From Craspedostauros australis (taxonomy: Eukaryota), in contig JALAGF010004003.1 of the NCBI GenBank assembly GCA_030167865.1, positions 62,001 to 126,000 of the forward strand: a stretch of DNA of 64,000 nt, written 5' to 3'. The notes beneath the pieces are model-generated. The model was not told the DNA's origin and ran no database searches. It worked only from the letters and a program-made list of their open reading frames with translations. The stretch's first letter is position 1, and the number at the start of each line of letters is the position of its first letter. A program made the position numbers and the translations under genes. Shown in pieces: positions 45,001 through 55,039 of this stretch.

Positions 45001-45204
45001 GATGGTACCGTCCCCGGCCTCATCGACTGCCATGTCGCTTGTACAATTACCAAACAAATGACTGCCACCCATCACGTTGCCGTCGCAGTCATTGCGATCG
45101 CCGCCGTGTTCACCATCGTCATCGTGATTCCGCAAAGTTCCGCTGACGGATCCGCCATCGTGGTGGCCATCGCACTGCGCGTGGAGCACCAGAAGAAGAC
45201 GCAT
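42016..45204 (-). CDS. Hypothetical large low-complexity protein with one TM segment
   Basis: 1062-codon ORF with hydrophobic segment ALHVLAFVGVVLAIAIAWASL followed by KLRR. No family recognised, and the start is uncertain. Confidence 0.65.
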   Translation of the reverse strand: MRLLLVLHAQCDGHHDGGSVSGTLRNHDDDGEHGGDRNDCDGNVMGGSHLFGNCTSDMAVDEAGDGTIVDNGGATDKSAHHMNVGFLATEIMSMMQTSCHIRLLPELPKTQHEPIHQHQQRRQQQHRQQQQQQEASNISLLEPLHNDTTTWNPGSREPRLVMHSQHRERIAMSCDEATVISINDPSGIWTKQRNVLMQLTGCQSSISSDALPQDVLGLGMDADDLDDDSKARDEGTTSDHHSFFTEPTEATYIVPVKASKIAEATLHFDMSSVHDELTDRIVQRRKAVRVDRQHEKQNDVGFDQRRSYSELQDTNNEGQSTGNKRDQKQEQGQDAGQEEGCTIMQDEVKRIDELFLRHIVHSGRNMCGVNERQSPAECTALTSGMNPMRRVETKAYRPTRVAANHCGKTNGTVCPLGSSSPFPSAPAFRMQRRDPLRHQHQYWPQTATITIMNQTMTTTCPHFDSLSFRAGAAPTSTALLASNLSQAAFRSYPAEQAVVFTSALALDEDPTPSTSTHDTDSSSRNLAGESKTTLHSQREVVPDEETEEKSMGPQLESTRHLFAENPRKMTCAHAEPVAWPPKTRAPPIMPAGSAEEQSRAHFDGAEWNQLQQNIRQKLVLVDQALHVLAFVGVVLAIAIAWASLKLRRVNKQACARGERPVDKAGRRACGSDCTNDSGTGTRDSAGTVGYTPPPAVVAATPGTSYNDRDDSYGPTDLHHQQHRKRQATALAMLESMHRNESYIKTPKSSRFTRIPANASPISSFPMGSPHGFFPGIQSVPGKPIPPPLIPLAPSLHTPTKAGAHRSPFVDNLRLAAAQHIHNTQHPKRHGREQARVDVDTMPHVAGGSTQDTRRGSAEHRTPHVMNPAANSTGQRSSDDQVIAGANAFTDRDDLSPCSRLEAEWCSTKASRRQQRKPDANRSMLRPDAAAATAAAVQHQPRVDETISNGVAGYTRDPTIQSPFYPIKLESTMEGNVTTCKDGTASPLREATHDRRHNAVQQPVAQARGHDDATQTTESNENDSPQVLDSIGGSQPITVEGEIPDLCSTPATTETDSCVEDFW

Positions 45205-45417
45205 GCTGACTGTGAGCTGCGTGCGGATTATGACCGGGTCCCTCTTGATTCCAATGTCTCCTCTTCAACGTCGGGACGCGGTCTGTGTGCGTATGCAGTT
45301 TCTTCCGTCGAAGCAATCCGTTGAGCGTTGCGCCATCAGTTTTTGTTCGATGTCCTCTGTCCACGTTCGTTTGTCAGTTGGCTCGTTGTCGCGTTGGTTT
45401 GTGGATGCCGATTTCTG

Positions 45418-45498
45418 GCGCCAAAAACACGAATTTTTCATTCTCGAAGATCTTGCGTGACACCTCGATTCCGGACGATTTTTCGCGCGAAATCGTCC
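45418..45498. promoter_or_regulatory. Cluster of E2F-consensus sites (TTTSSCGC), including palindromic TTTCGCGCGAAA inside an inverted repeat
   Basis: GCGCCAAA at 45418-45425; TTTCGCGCGAAA at 45481-45492; arms GGACGATTT/AAATCGTCC spanning 45473-45498. These lie about 210-290 bp upstream of the 45204 ATG. Confidence 0.45.
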
Positions 45499-45803
45499 AT
45501 CCACAGACAAACCAGCGAATGGCGCCAACAACAATTGACAACATGAAGAGCTGTCTGCCCCAGAGAGGCCACGGGATGATCCCTTACATCTCAATGCGAC
45601 ATGTATCGTCGACGGATGAAGCCTTGGGGCCCTGCACTATGATTAGATTCGCCATCACGCAGCGCGGTCTTGGCTGACGACAGGAAACTCACCAATGGGA
45701 AACTCATCTAACTTCATTGGTAAGTCTAAATATGCATTATTTCGAACAGATGATTCAGTCGATCAAATGATGCATCATCCCAGTGCGAGGTTGCGGCTCA
45801 TCA

Positions 45804-47738
45804 TTACTCGTTGTTTGCTCTTCGTACGGGACGGTCGATGTAAATGGAGTCCGTCTTCGCATTGTGCAGGGCGCAGAAGGGGCGTGGCAGAACTTCGCAG
45901 TAACGCCTCATCTTCTGCTTCGCATCCGCCAGCGATTGGGCCACGAAGTAAACTGGCTGGAAGGTTGTGACCGGGAAATCCTGGGCGGCAGCTGCGGCAG
46001 GGTCCCAGTCAACCATTTGCGGCACCTCCTGTGCGGAGTCATCGTTGTCGGGCACATGTCCAGAGCATGCGTGCTTGATCTCTCCGAACGATGACAGCAG
46101 CCCAGCTCCATAGGCCTTGGCATTCCCATCCTCGCGACACAGCCCAAACTCTACGGAATGCCAGTAACAGCGAGCCAGCTTCTGGATGTCCTCCTCAGAC
46201 GCCCCGAGACTGGCCAGTCCAATCTCTTGCGAGAAATCCGCGAAGTCGGTGTTGGCGAACATCGGGGCGTGCCCCAGAAGCTCATGACAGATGTCTGGCT
46301 CTGGCGTGTACATGGGCTGGGAGTGATGGCGAATATACTGGGTGGAGAAGAAGACTCGGAATGCAAGACCATTCAGGAAGTCCCTCGACGACAGCAAGCC
46401 AGCGACTGGTCTCACACGGAAGCCTGTGCGATCACGGAGGAAGTCGTTGATATCCTGCGATTGCGGGATGTTGTCTCGACTGTATCCGCAGTTTTCCTTC
46501 ATCACCGCCATGGACTCCTGCGTGCGCATGCGTGTGCACGTATTCGTCACAGTGTGGGGCGATGGTGTGAGAGATGGGTCATGTGTATCACAGTACAAGA
46601 TGGGGAGACGATCATGGCATCGTGGAGACAGCACAGAGGAAAGCACGGTAATAAGTGAGCGGTATGTGTGGATGCCAATGCAGCACCAATGCGTCATCCT
46701 TCTCCAACAAATCTGCCAAGCCCAGCCAAACGGATGGCAAAGCAGGCCATGTCGAATCACCCAGAAACACTGTTCTCGACGTTGTCTGACCATCCGTCCT
46801 TGGTATCGAAGGGCACATCGTCAACAAGTATCGATGAGAACGAACTGTGAGAATGCAACATTGCGAAACTTGCGCTTGCGTACCTTGAACTCCCGGCAGG
46901 CGTACTGATCCCAAAGCGGCTCCATCTCTGTCCACACCGTCGCCCATGTGTCAATTTCACCGGCCGTGTATTCCACATGCTCGATTTTCTTGTCCCAGGC
47001 ATGTTCCATTGCATGCTGGGCCAGCTCATTGCGACGGTGCCGGTATTCTTCGTCCGTGAAGCCTGGGTGGTCGCTTTGCAAGTCGATGCCCACATCCAGT
47101 GTGCGATGCGCGATCAGATCCAGTTCTGAGATGTGGCGTGGGAACCATGCAACATCCTTCTGATCCAAGGTGAGCAGCTTGGTTGCAATGGGACGGATCT
47201 CTCGCATCAACTGCTGAATGTTGGCATCCTGGAAGGATCCGTGGAAATCAATGAAGAAGTCGAACTTGCAAGCTCCGTCCTCATCGATGTGTGCTGGGCG
47301 TGACTCGATGCGGCTGATGTTGACATCGTGCTTCCAGAAGTACTTGAGAACATTGTGCAACATTCCCACTCCATCATCCAGCTCCATCAGCACGGAGACC
47401 GTTGGCTGGTCTGTGAGAGCATGCTGGCTCTTGCGGTTGTGATTTGTGTCAACAGCAAAGTCACTTTCCGAATGTCGGAACGGATGCTCTGGGCGGTTTC
47501 CTTGGTAGTAGCTTTCGTACCCATGCTGCAAGACGGGAATCTTGCCGTGGAAGGTCGACCACTGCTGACAGCGCACCCCATGGTCGATGTCATGATGGAC
47601 CATGTCGTTTTCCTTGAAGCTTCTTGTCGTACCGAACGACGAGAGGCAACGAGCAGTCGATCTGGCACGGCCGAGAGCCTTGAGGTCGATTCTGCAGATG
47701 CTCGCGCAGCGCTGCGCGATCGACGACGGTGCCATCAT
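45804..47738 (-). CDS. PAH: Phenylalanine 4-hydroxylase (ACT + biopterin-dependent catalytic domain); 2 exons
   Basis: Exons 47738-46884 and 46517-45804 give 522 aa. ACT motif [96 protein letters not shown]. Confidence 0.95.
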
Positions 47739-48425
47739 CGTGTTTGGTGTGGTGTGGTGCGATAGGAGTATGAGTATGAATGGAACAGCCAAACACCAAT
47801 AGAATGGTTCAAATGAACTTCTGTCTGTTGCTGCTGCTGCTGCTGCTTCCTGTGGTCGAGATTGTGGGCACCTATAGTAGATCGCACGCATTCAATCCAA
47901 TTCGTTGTGGTGGACGATCAGATGCGAAACATCGATCAGCGTAGCGAACGTATCGCAGCAGGATGATGCAAGTATGTACGAGTATGTGTGGGATGCATGA
48001 GATCTGTCGGTTCTGACGCTCTTGATGCGTGTTTGCCCTCATCCGCTTCACCTCAGCTGATGGCTTCTCTTCCATGCGACCAATTCGGATCCTTCTTGTT
48101 AACGTCGTTGGTGTTGCTGGTGTTGCTGGTGTTGCAACCACGGATCAGGCGGTTGACCAATAGTGGTGTTGCGGTCTCAGAGGCCCCTTTTCTCCAGAGC
48201 TTCGCCACTTGTGCCTTCTCGTCAGCCTCGCAATGACATCAACCGCCCTCTGCGCAGGAATCAACCACGGGGAAGGATGAAAGGAACCAGAGGGCGAGCA
48301 CAACGAGAACCTCGAAATCAGACCGTGTCAGCGTTTGCGCGCCAAAGGCTCCTCCACATCCACGACTTGATGTCAGCAGTCCGTGTCACAAAACAGTTGT
48401 CTTCGGTGACTACTGAACACGCATT

Positions 48426-48463
48426 TTGCGAACCTGGAGTCGCGAACCTTGAGTTGCGAACCT
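48426..48463. repeat. 14-bp tandem repeat TYGCGAACCTNGAG (about 2.7 copies)
   Basis: ttgcgaacctggag / tcgcgaaccttgag / ttgcgaacct, in intergenic DNA upstream of PAH. Confidence 0.7.
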
Positions 48464-49045
48464 CCACCAGATGTGGAACCATTCCGCACCATCTGGAGAG
48501 ACATGGCTAATCGGGCGAGGAGGGTGTGCACGCGATGGTACGAGTAGTCCTGTTGCTGGCGATAGCAACAGTAACGGCAAACGCCGACGATGGCGACGAT
48601 GACGGTTTGCCATTGCGCTTGTGAGGGTAGTCGTACGTGTATGCTTCACATTCCTAGGTATTTTGTATTTGCATTTGTACTCGCGCTGCTATGTTGTGCT
48701 GTATTCGTTGAGTAGATGTGGCGTAAGATTGGACTTATGTCTGCATTTAATGGTGTTGGATCAGTTCAGATGGAGCACTCAATGGCAGTGCTGCTTTCAT
48801 TGATTATTTGTGTATTCTTGTTTTTGATTTGCGGGGAGGGTAGAGTAGAGAAAAGTATGGAAATTGTGCAAAGATGCCTCTTTGTACTCGTATCGTACTA
48901 ACACGATGAGCGAATCGAAGTAGGAGCGAGAGCGACGCGAGGCATGGAGTCCTGGCGCAATCGTTCCTTCGTGATCATATACTGGTGTTGAAGCGCTGTG
49001 CCGAGGTGTGTTGGGGTGCATGGCGAGGCGTTTGTTGGGCATTGA

Positions 49046-49968
49046 TTAGTTCATCACCAGGCCCGGGAGGATGGACGCGAGTGCGATCAGGGCGCAAAAC
49101 TCCAATGACTCGATTACGCCTTCCTCCATCAACTTGTCCATCCAGAAACGGTTCTGTCTCTGTTCAACAATTTCTGCCGCATTCACCGCCGCTGTTCCGT
49201 CCTTGAGGTGCGGGAGCTCCGTCATGTCCTCCTCGACTTCTGGGAACAGCTGAAGATTTTCCTCGATGTCAGCGAACAGAGTGGTTGGCGGGTTCTCGTC
49301 CTGCAACAGCTGGAGCTGCAGAGACAGCTCCTCCTCGAGCATGTGATGCTCAAGCTCTTCTTCTGTCACTGTGTGCAGGGCGTCTCCAAATAGGACCCCT
49401 TTGACGCGCTCACTGTGAAGTTCTGTGAACAGCCATTGCGATGAGTACAGCCATGAGAGTTAGTGTTTGTTGCCGTTGTTATCATTGTTGTCGTTATTGA
49501 TGAAGAACAAGGGAAACGCGCAGAGGAATGAAGAAAGCGAGCACCCGGTTAGTGATAGAGCATGCAAGTTCGAATAGCACGGAATGGACGTCACATTTCG
49601 TCATACCCCATGAGCACACGACCAGCCCAACGACAGCCTGATCCGTCAAGGCGCATGTTCCTTGTTGTGTTTCAACCAAGATCCGACATGCTCAATAGCG
49701 CTACTCGCACGCAACAAGACGTACCATCTCGCAAAACACGGAGCTCGTTGACGTCGCATTTGCCAAACGAGTCGGCGCATTCTCGTGCTCGGTTCACGTA
49801 GTCCTCCGGAGCCCCGACAGCATCCAAGGACTTGTGACCATCATTGTGAAGCGAGACGTATCGGGCCGTCTGGCAACGAGTTGCGGCCTTCGTGTCGATG
49901 GTGAACGCTTCGGCGGCTGCAAGCAGTGATGCGGCGGCAAGGGCAGTAATGTTGAGCTTGGAAATCAT
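49046..49968 (-). CDS. Hypothetical plastid-targeted protein with C-terminal hydrophobic anchor; 2 exons
   Basis: Exons 49968-49725 and 49422-49046 join two separate ORFs into 206 aa. Presequence MISKLNITALAAASLLAAAEA|FTI; RARECADSFGKCDVNELRVLRD|ELHSERV; C-terminal FCALIALASILPGLVMN. Confidence 0.75.
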
Positions 49969-50862
49969 GGTCGTGGTGTGTTGGGTGCTATGTAAGCTTG
50001 GTGCTGAACGCTGAGTGCTGTGGTTGAGATCTGACTTTGTAACGATTATATCGACGAGGATGGAAAATGAGAGCATGAGGGCAAATCCTGTGGGAGACCA
50101 GAAGGCTTTTCCTTCGCAGATCTTGGTGATGTGTTGGGGGAGAGCGCCTTTGAGCAATGCACAAACCTCCACCACAGTTCGCAGCGCTGCTTTTGGTGCT
50201 CGACACACTCTGCGTGGGCATCGCGAACCTCGAGCACACATCATTCCCGCGCGTGGGTGCCCCATGTTTGGAGTCGAACCGTACCTCCTTCTTGGGATCA
50301 TGGGTTGGTTGATGCCGAAGTTGGAATTCTTGTTGTGCCAGATGACCGTTTGACAACCACTATTCTCATTCAACCAACAACACGAACCCCATTGCGAACG
50401 ATGTTCTCATCCAACAATTCTGTTGTTCAGCTGAGTCGCAAGGGTCGAACGAATCGATCAGAACCATTTCTGGAAAGAGCGGTGTCAGCATTGCAACACA
50501 ACGGTGATGTCATGGATTCGCACATGTGATGTCCAGATTCAAAACGCGGTCGGAGTCGATCACGATCAACACACCAGACGCGCTACGGAGGGACAGAGGA
50601 AGGAGTTCCTCTGGGAGATGTGAGAAACCCCACATGGAGGCATGATCTACCTGTGTTGGTGGAGCATCGAGTAGTTCGCGCGAGAACGGATGGAGAGAAA
50701 CGCTGCTCAACCATACTCGTGCAATACTGACTTGCGGGTAAGCCTCGTTCACAAGGAACGAGGAAGCCGTCAACATCATATATTAGTTTGGAATCGACTG
50801 TGTGTGGCGAAGAAACGAAGCCGACGATCTTGGCCGGGTCAACTTCGAACGACAACGCCACG

Positions 50863-52464
50863 ATGGATCGTCCGATCCCAACCAGCAGCGACACCGATGG
50901 CAATGACGAGGCAGAGCATGCCGCAGGAGCAGAGGGAGGAGCATCCCTTAACGAGCCGTTGCTGCGAACGAGTGCCAACCTTGGCAGCAGCATGGATGAA
51001 GAGACCGGCAACAGCGGCGGTGGCGGCGGCCTCAACAGGCATGCAGGACGGTCGCAGTCTGATCTGCGGCAGAGACAACGACATCGGGCTGGAGACGCAT
51101 CTTCCCGAATCTTGGATCGAGATGCTGCCTTCCATCAATCCCGAGGACGATGGAGTGTCGAGCGTCTGACCAGGGGACACAGGCAGAACATCAACTTCTG
51201 CCGGCGATGGCATCAGAAGATATGGAAGGACTGGATCCACGGAGATTGGTTCCATCGGCTGGCCTACATGAGGACCTTGCCGTTGCTGATGCTATTCGTG
51301 TTCGTATACTGCGTGATCGTCGTGTTCTTTGCCTTCGTCTACCTGACGTCATCGCGGTTGGGGCAGCAGATCACGACCAACGCAGACGGGACGTCCAAGG
51401 TGATTCCATTCTGCGACATGGATGTGAACGACCATCTGGAGGCGCTGTACTTCTCGCTGTCCACGATGACGACGATCGGGTACGGTGTGTCCAACTACTA
51501 CTACAGCGGATGTTGGACCCCTTTGCTGCTGGTTTTGTGGCAGGTCTGCACGGCGATTCTGTTCGATGCCATCGCCGTGGGACTCATCTTTCATCGCATA
51601 TCCAGGGGACGCAAGCGGGGCAAGACCATCACGTTCTCTGACAAGGCGGTCATTCGCAGAGTGAGAGGCGTACCGCATCTCATGTTCCGTCTCGGTGAGC
51701 TTCGCAAGTACTCCCTCATCGAGGCGACTTTGCGCGTCTACTGCGTGCGGCACGAACGTCATCCGGTGCCAAAGCGTTCGTTTATCAAGCCGCCTGCGGG
51801 ACAGCAACTACACCAGCAGCAGCATGGCCAGGAGCGAAGTATCAGGCAAGCACCTGAACAGAAGGATGCGAATGATGTGCTATCCTCTCCCTCGTCCGGA
51901 AACAGCAGCCTGCCGCCACCCCCCTCAATGGAGGAGATCGACATTGAAACAACTCACTTCATCACAAGGCAAGTGCGACTGACAAATCCGGACGAATCTT
52001 TCGGGAATCACATCCTGATGAGCCTTCCGCAGGTGGTTGTCCACCGTATGGATCGCAATTCCCCGCTGCTGCCGCCACAGCCCGTTTGGTACGACGCAGA
52101 TGGCGCGGCACATCCCGGCTTGTCGGATTTTGACAACCTCAAGGCCTTTCTGCAGGATCGATTGGCGGAGATCGTCGTCTTGGTGGAAGGCACCGACGAA
52201 GGGACGGGGGCACCGGTGCAGGCTCGCCATTCCTACACGTTGTACGACCTTGCCTGGAACAAGACCTTCGTTTCGTGCATCGCTCCGTCCATGGAGGATG
52301 TTGGAGAGGATGGCAACGATGGCGGTTGGAGATTGCCGCTGCGACAGCACTCCACAGAAGCCGACAACGTTGTCCAGGTGGATTTCTCCAAATTCCATGA
52401 CATTGTTGATACACCGCTGGACTGCGAGTCGTGCGCGTACGTTACGCCATCGGAAAGTTCTTGA
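50863..52464 (+). CDS. Inward-rectifier potassium channel (Kir family)
   Basis: TM1 LLMLFVFVYCVIVVFFAFVY; pore ALYFSLSTMTTIGYG; TM2; cytoplasmic TITFSDKAVI, HLMFRLG, VVHRMDRNSPL, EIVVLVEGTDE...QARHSY, VDFSKFH. Confidence 0.93.
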   Translation: MDRPIPTSSDTDGNDEAEHAAGAEGGASLNEPLLRTSANLGSSMDEETGNSGGGGGLNRHAGRSQSDLRQRQRHRAGDASSRILDRDAAFHQSRGRWSVERLTRGHRQNINFCRRWHQKIWKDWIHGDWFHRLAYMRTLPLLMLFVFVYCVIVVFFAFVYLTSSRLGQQITTNADGTSKVIPFCDMDVNDHLEALYFSLSTMTTIGYGVSNYYYSGCWTPLLLVLWQVCTAILFDAIAVGLIFHRISRGRKRGKTITFSDKAVIRRVRGVPHLMFRLGELRKYSLIEATLRVYCVRHERHPVPKRSFIKPPAGQQLHQQQHGQERSIRQAPEQKDANDVLSSPSSGNSSLPPPPSMEEIDIETTHFITRQVRLTNPDESFGNHILMSLPQVVVHRMDRNSPLLPPQPVWYDADGAAHPGLSDFDNLKAFLQDRLAEIVVLVEGTDEGTGAPVQARHSYTLYDLAWNKTFVSCIAPSMEDVGEDGNDGGWRLPLRQHSTEADNVVQVDFSKFHDIVDTPLDCESCAYVTPSESS

Positions 52465-54205
52465 GCTGGTGCGACTATGTCATCGTGGAAAGTGTATGCA
52501 GAGCACCCAGAATGATCAGCGTTCCGTCTCCAATTGAATGAGGGAGACAGGAAGAAGAGGCCCAATCTAAGGAGTATAGATTAGACAACCTTACAAGAGA
52601 GATAGAGGTAGAGAGACTATTGATATGTGTTGCAGTTATGATTCGGACAGAGTACTTTGGTCTGTGCTAGCATGATGCATGCATTGCCGTATCATAGTGC
52701 TACGTACGTACGCACGCTCAGTCCGCATCAACTCGTACGTCTACTTTCCCAAAAGTCTATTTTTGTGGCGCAGGCTGTCCCGCTGTCAGATGATGCGCGG
52801 TGATTGGATGACGAAGACAGATGCGTTGGCACGATGTCACGATAGAATTGCGAGTGTCGCGAAATGATTGGCCAATGCCGACCACAGCGATTGGCACCAA
52901 AGGGGAAATGCGCGCGAACACGGACTCGCGTCTTCGTGGAAAGGCCTCCTCTGTGCGCGCGCACTTCCCATCAGGTGTCAACACGAACGGGTGGATTCTT
53001 GCACGCAAGGTGTACTGGAACGGAGATCACTGATGCGAGGGAGAGAATTCTATCGGCGCCTTCGTCCACTTTGACCTTTTGTGGAGGAACAACATGGAGA
53101 CAGAGAAGAGGCAGAGTAGTGCAGAGTGTCGAGAGCGACCATGTGATGTTGGTTCAACACCACTCCAACATACTCTACGCCAATGGTACACACACAAGTA
53201 TTAGTGACAATCTTGTTGCAGAGCATCGCAGAGTTCAAACCACATCAGCAGACATCGAACAGAACCAAGAGGAGAGAGAGAGTTGCAGCCACAGGCGAAG
53301 TGACAAGTGAATTGACAAGCGAAGTGAAGTGAAACGAGCTGAGCAGACATCAGAATCGACATTGCCACTGACGTCGCCAATCAACACAAAACTCACCAAC
53401 ACAAACCGCACAAGAGAACCTCGATAGGAGGCGCAGGATCTTGGGAGATTCATCGTCGCACAGCATTCTCCACCATACTCGTGGCACGTATCTATCCCAT
53501 CATTTCACTCCAACATCACTCCAACATCACCCCATCCCACAAACACAACACATCAACGAAGATTCATCTGATCTGAGCGATATCCAGTCCATCAATCTAA
53601 CAAGCGATCCAACCAACGATCCAACCAACGACAGAAGGATCCAACCAAGAGACAAAGAGGAAGGAAGGCCAACAACACGAGGTGTTCGTTCGAATTCACG
53701 AAGAGAGGAGAATACAAACAGAGGCGACACGAACCGACCTCAACCAAAGCTCGATTCGACTTAGTTCTTTCTTGACACGGGTGTCACGCAGGTTTCCTTC
53801 CCTTCACCAAAGAGGAGGCTTCACCTGAAGCTTCGCGCGAGGTTCATCGGACATCACACGACGACATCAACGTCTGATTGCTCAATTCGACCTTGAGGAG
53901 GCGAAAGTGGGCATCAGAACACCCATCAACCAGTACGCGGACATCGTCGACGCCAACATCAACGCCGACGCAAAAGTCAACCCGTCGCTGAGCAAGCTTG
54001 CTCTCGAGCGCAGGCATTTTCGCAAGGGCCAGCCAATCAACTCACAAACAACCCATCAAAGCAAAGCTCAAGGTGCGACTGACAATCAGCTGACTTCATC
54101 CGTTGTTCATAAAACAGAATCAAAGCCAAGCAAAGCAAAGCAATTGCAACAGAGACGACATCAACGACGACACCCATCAACACCATCACCGTCACTGTCA
54201 CTACA

Positions 54206-54496
54206 ATGGAGCTCGCAACACAAGTCAGCGCCCTGTTGGGCACAAGTTTGGTCATTTATTGGGCGACATCGCCCAACCACGAGAAAGAATTGGAAGTCAT
54301 GATGGACTCCCAGCAGCTCACAGGCAAACTCACGGGTGTCAAGCGATACTCCTCCTACCATCGCAAACGAATGCTTGACATCCAACAACGGATAATCACG
54401 ACATCGTCATTATCGTCATCATCATCGTCGGCGATGGATTCCAACTCCACAACGTCCACGCTGTCAGATGACATGGATGGTCTGTCGGAGAGATGA
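54206..54496 (+). CDS. Small hypothetical protein (96 aa) with N-terminal hydrophobic segment
   Basis: ACAATGG start context after a long CA-rich leader, lying convergent with PAN2 in an otherwise empty 2.5-kb gap. No family recognised. Confidence 0.45.
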   Translation: MELATQVSALLGTSLVIYWATSPNHEKELEVMMDSQQLTGKLTGVKRYSSYHRKRMLDIQQRIITTSSLSSSSSSAMDSNSTTSTLSDDMDGLSER

Positions 54497-55039
54497 GACT
54501 CTCATGCGCAAAGACCAACTCATTGGATTAGTACACGTAGAATACCCGTAGACAAATGCACGAGGAGCAGCACAGCTCACAGGGAATGACCGAGTGCTCT
54601 CTCCATCCAAGCATCGTCACATCATCATCGCATCATCCGATGCTAACGCACCAACACAAAGGAACACATAGTTAGAGTAACATACCATTATAACACCATT
54701 TTGAATCTGACATCGCACTTACAAACGACATGTCCACAAGAGAGTACTCTGTACATCACTGAACTATCGTGCATGGTGTATTCGTCGAGAACATCGGAAG
54801 AGGATGGCTGCGTGCAGAGGCCGCACACGCCGAATGGTGGACGCAAAGAACTCAACCCGAATGCCGCCCTCCGACGCTCTCTTACTCTGGAATAGACGAG
54901 AACAATGACACGCGCCCCTTGTGCACATCCAAACACAGCCACAAAAGAGGCTCCTGGCTGCGAAGTGCCAATGACAACCCGTCTGTCCTACTTGCCGTTT
55001 ACGAGTACGTTTACGAGCACTCGCATTATATTATCAAGT

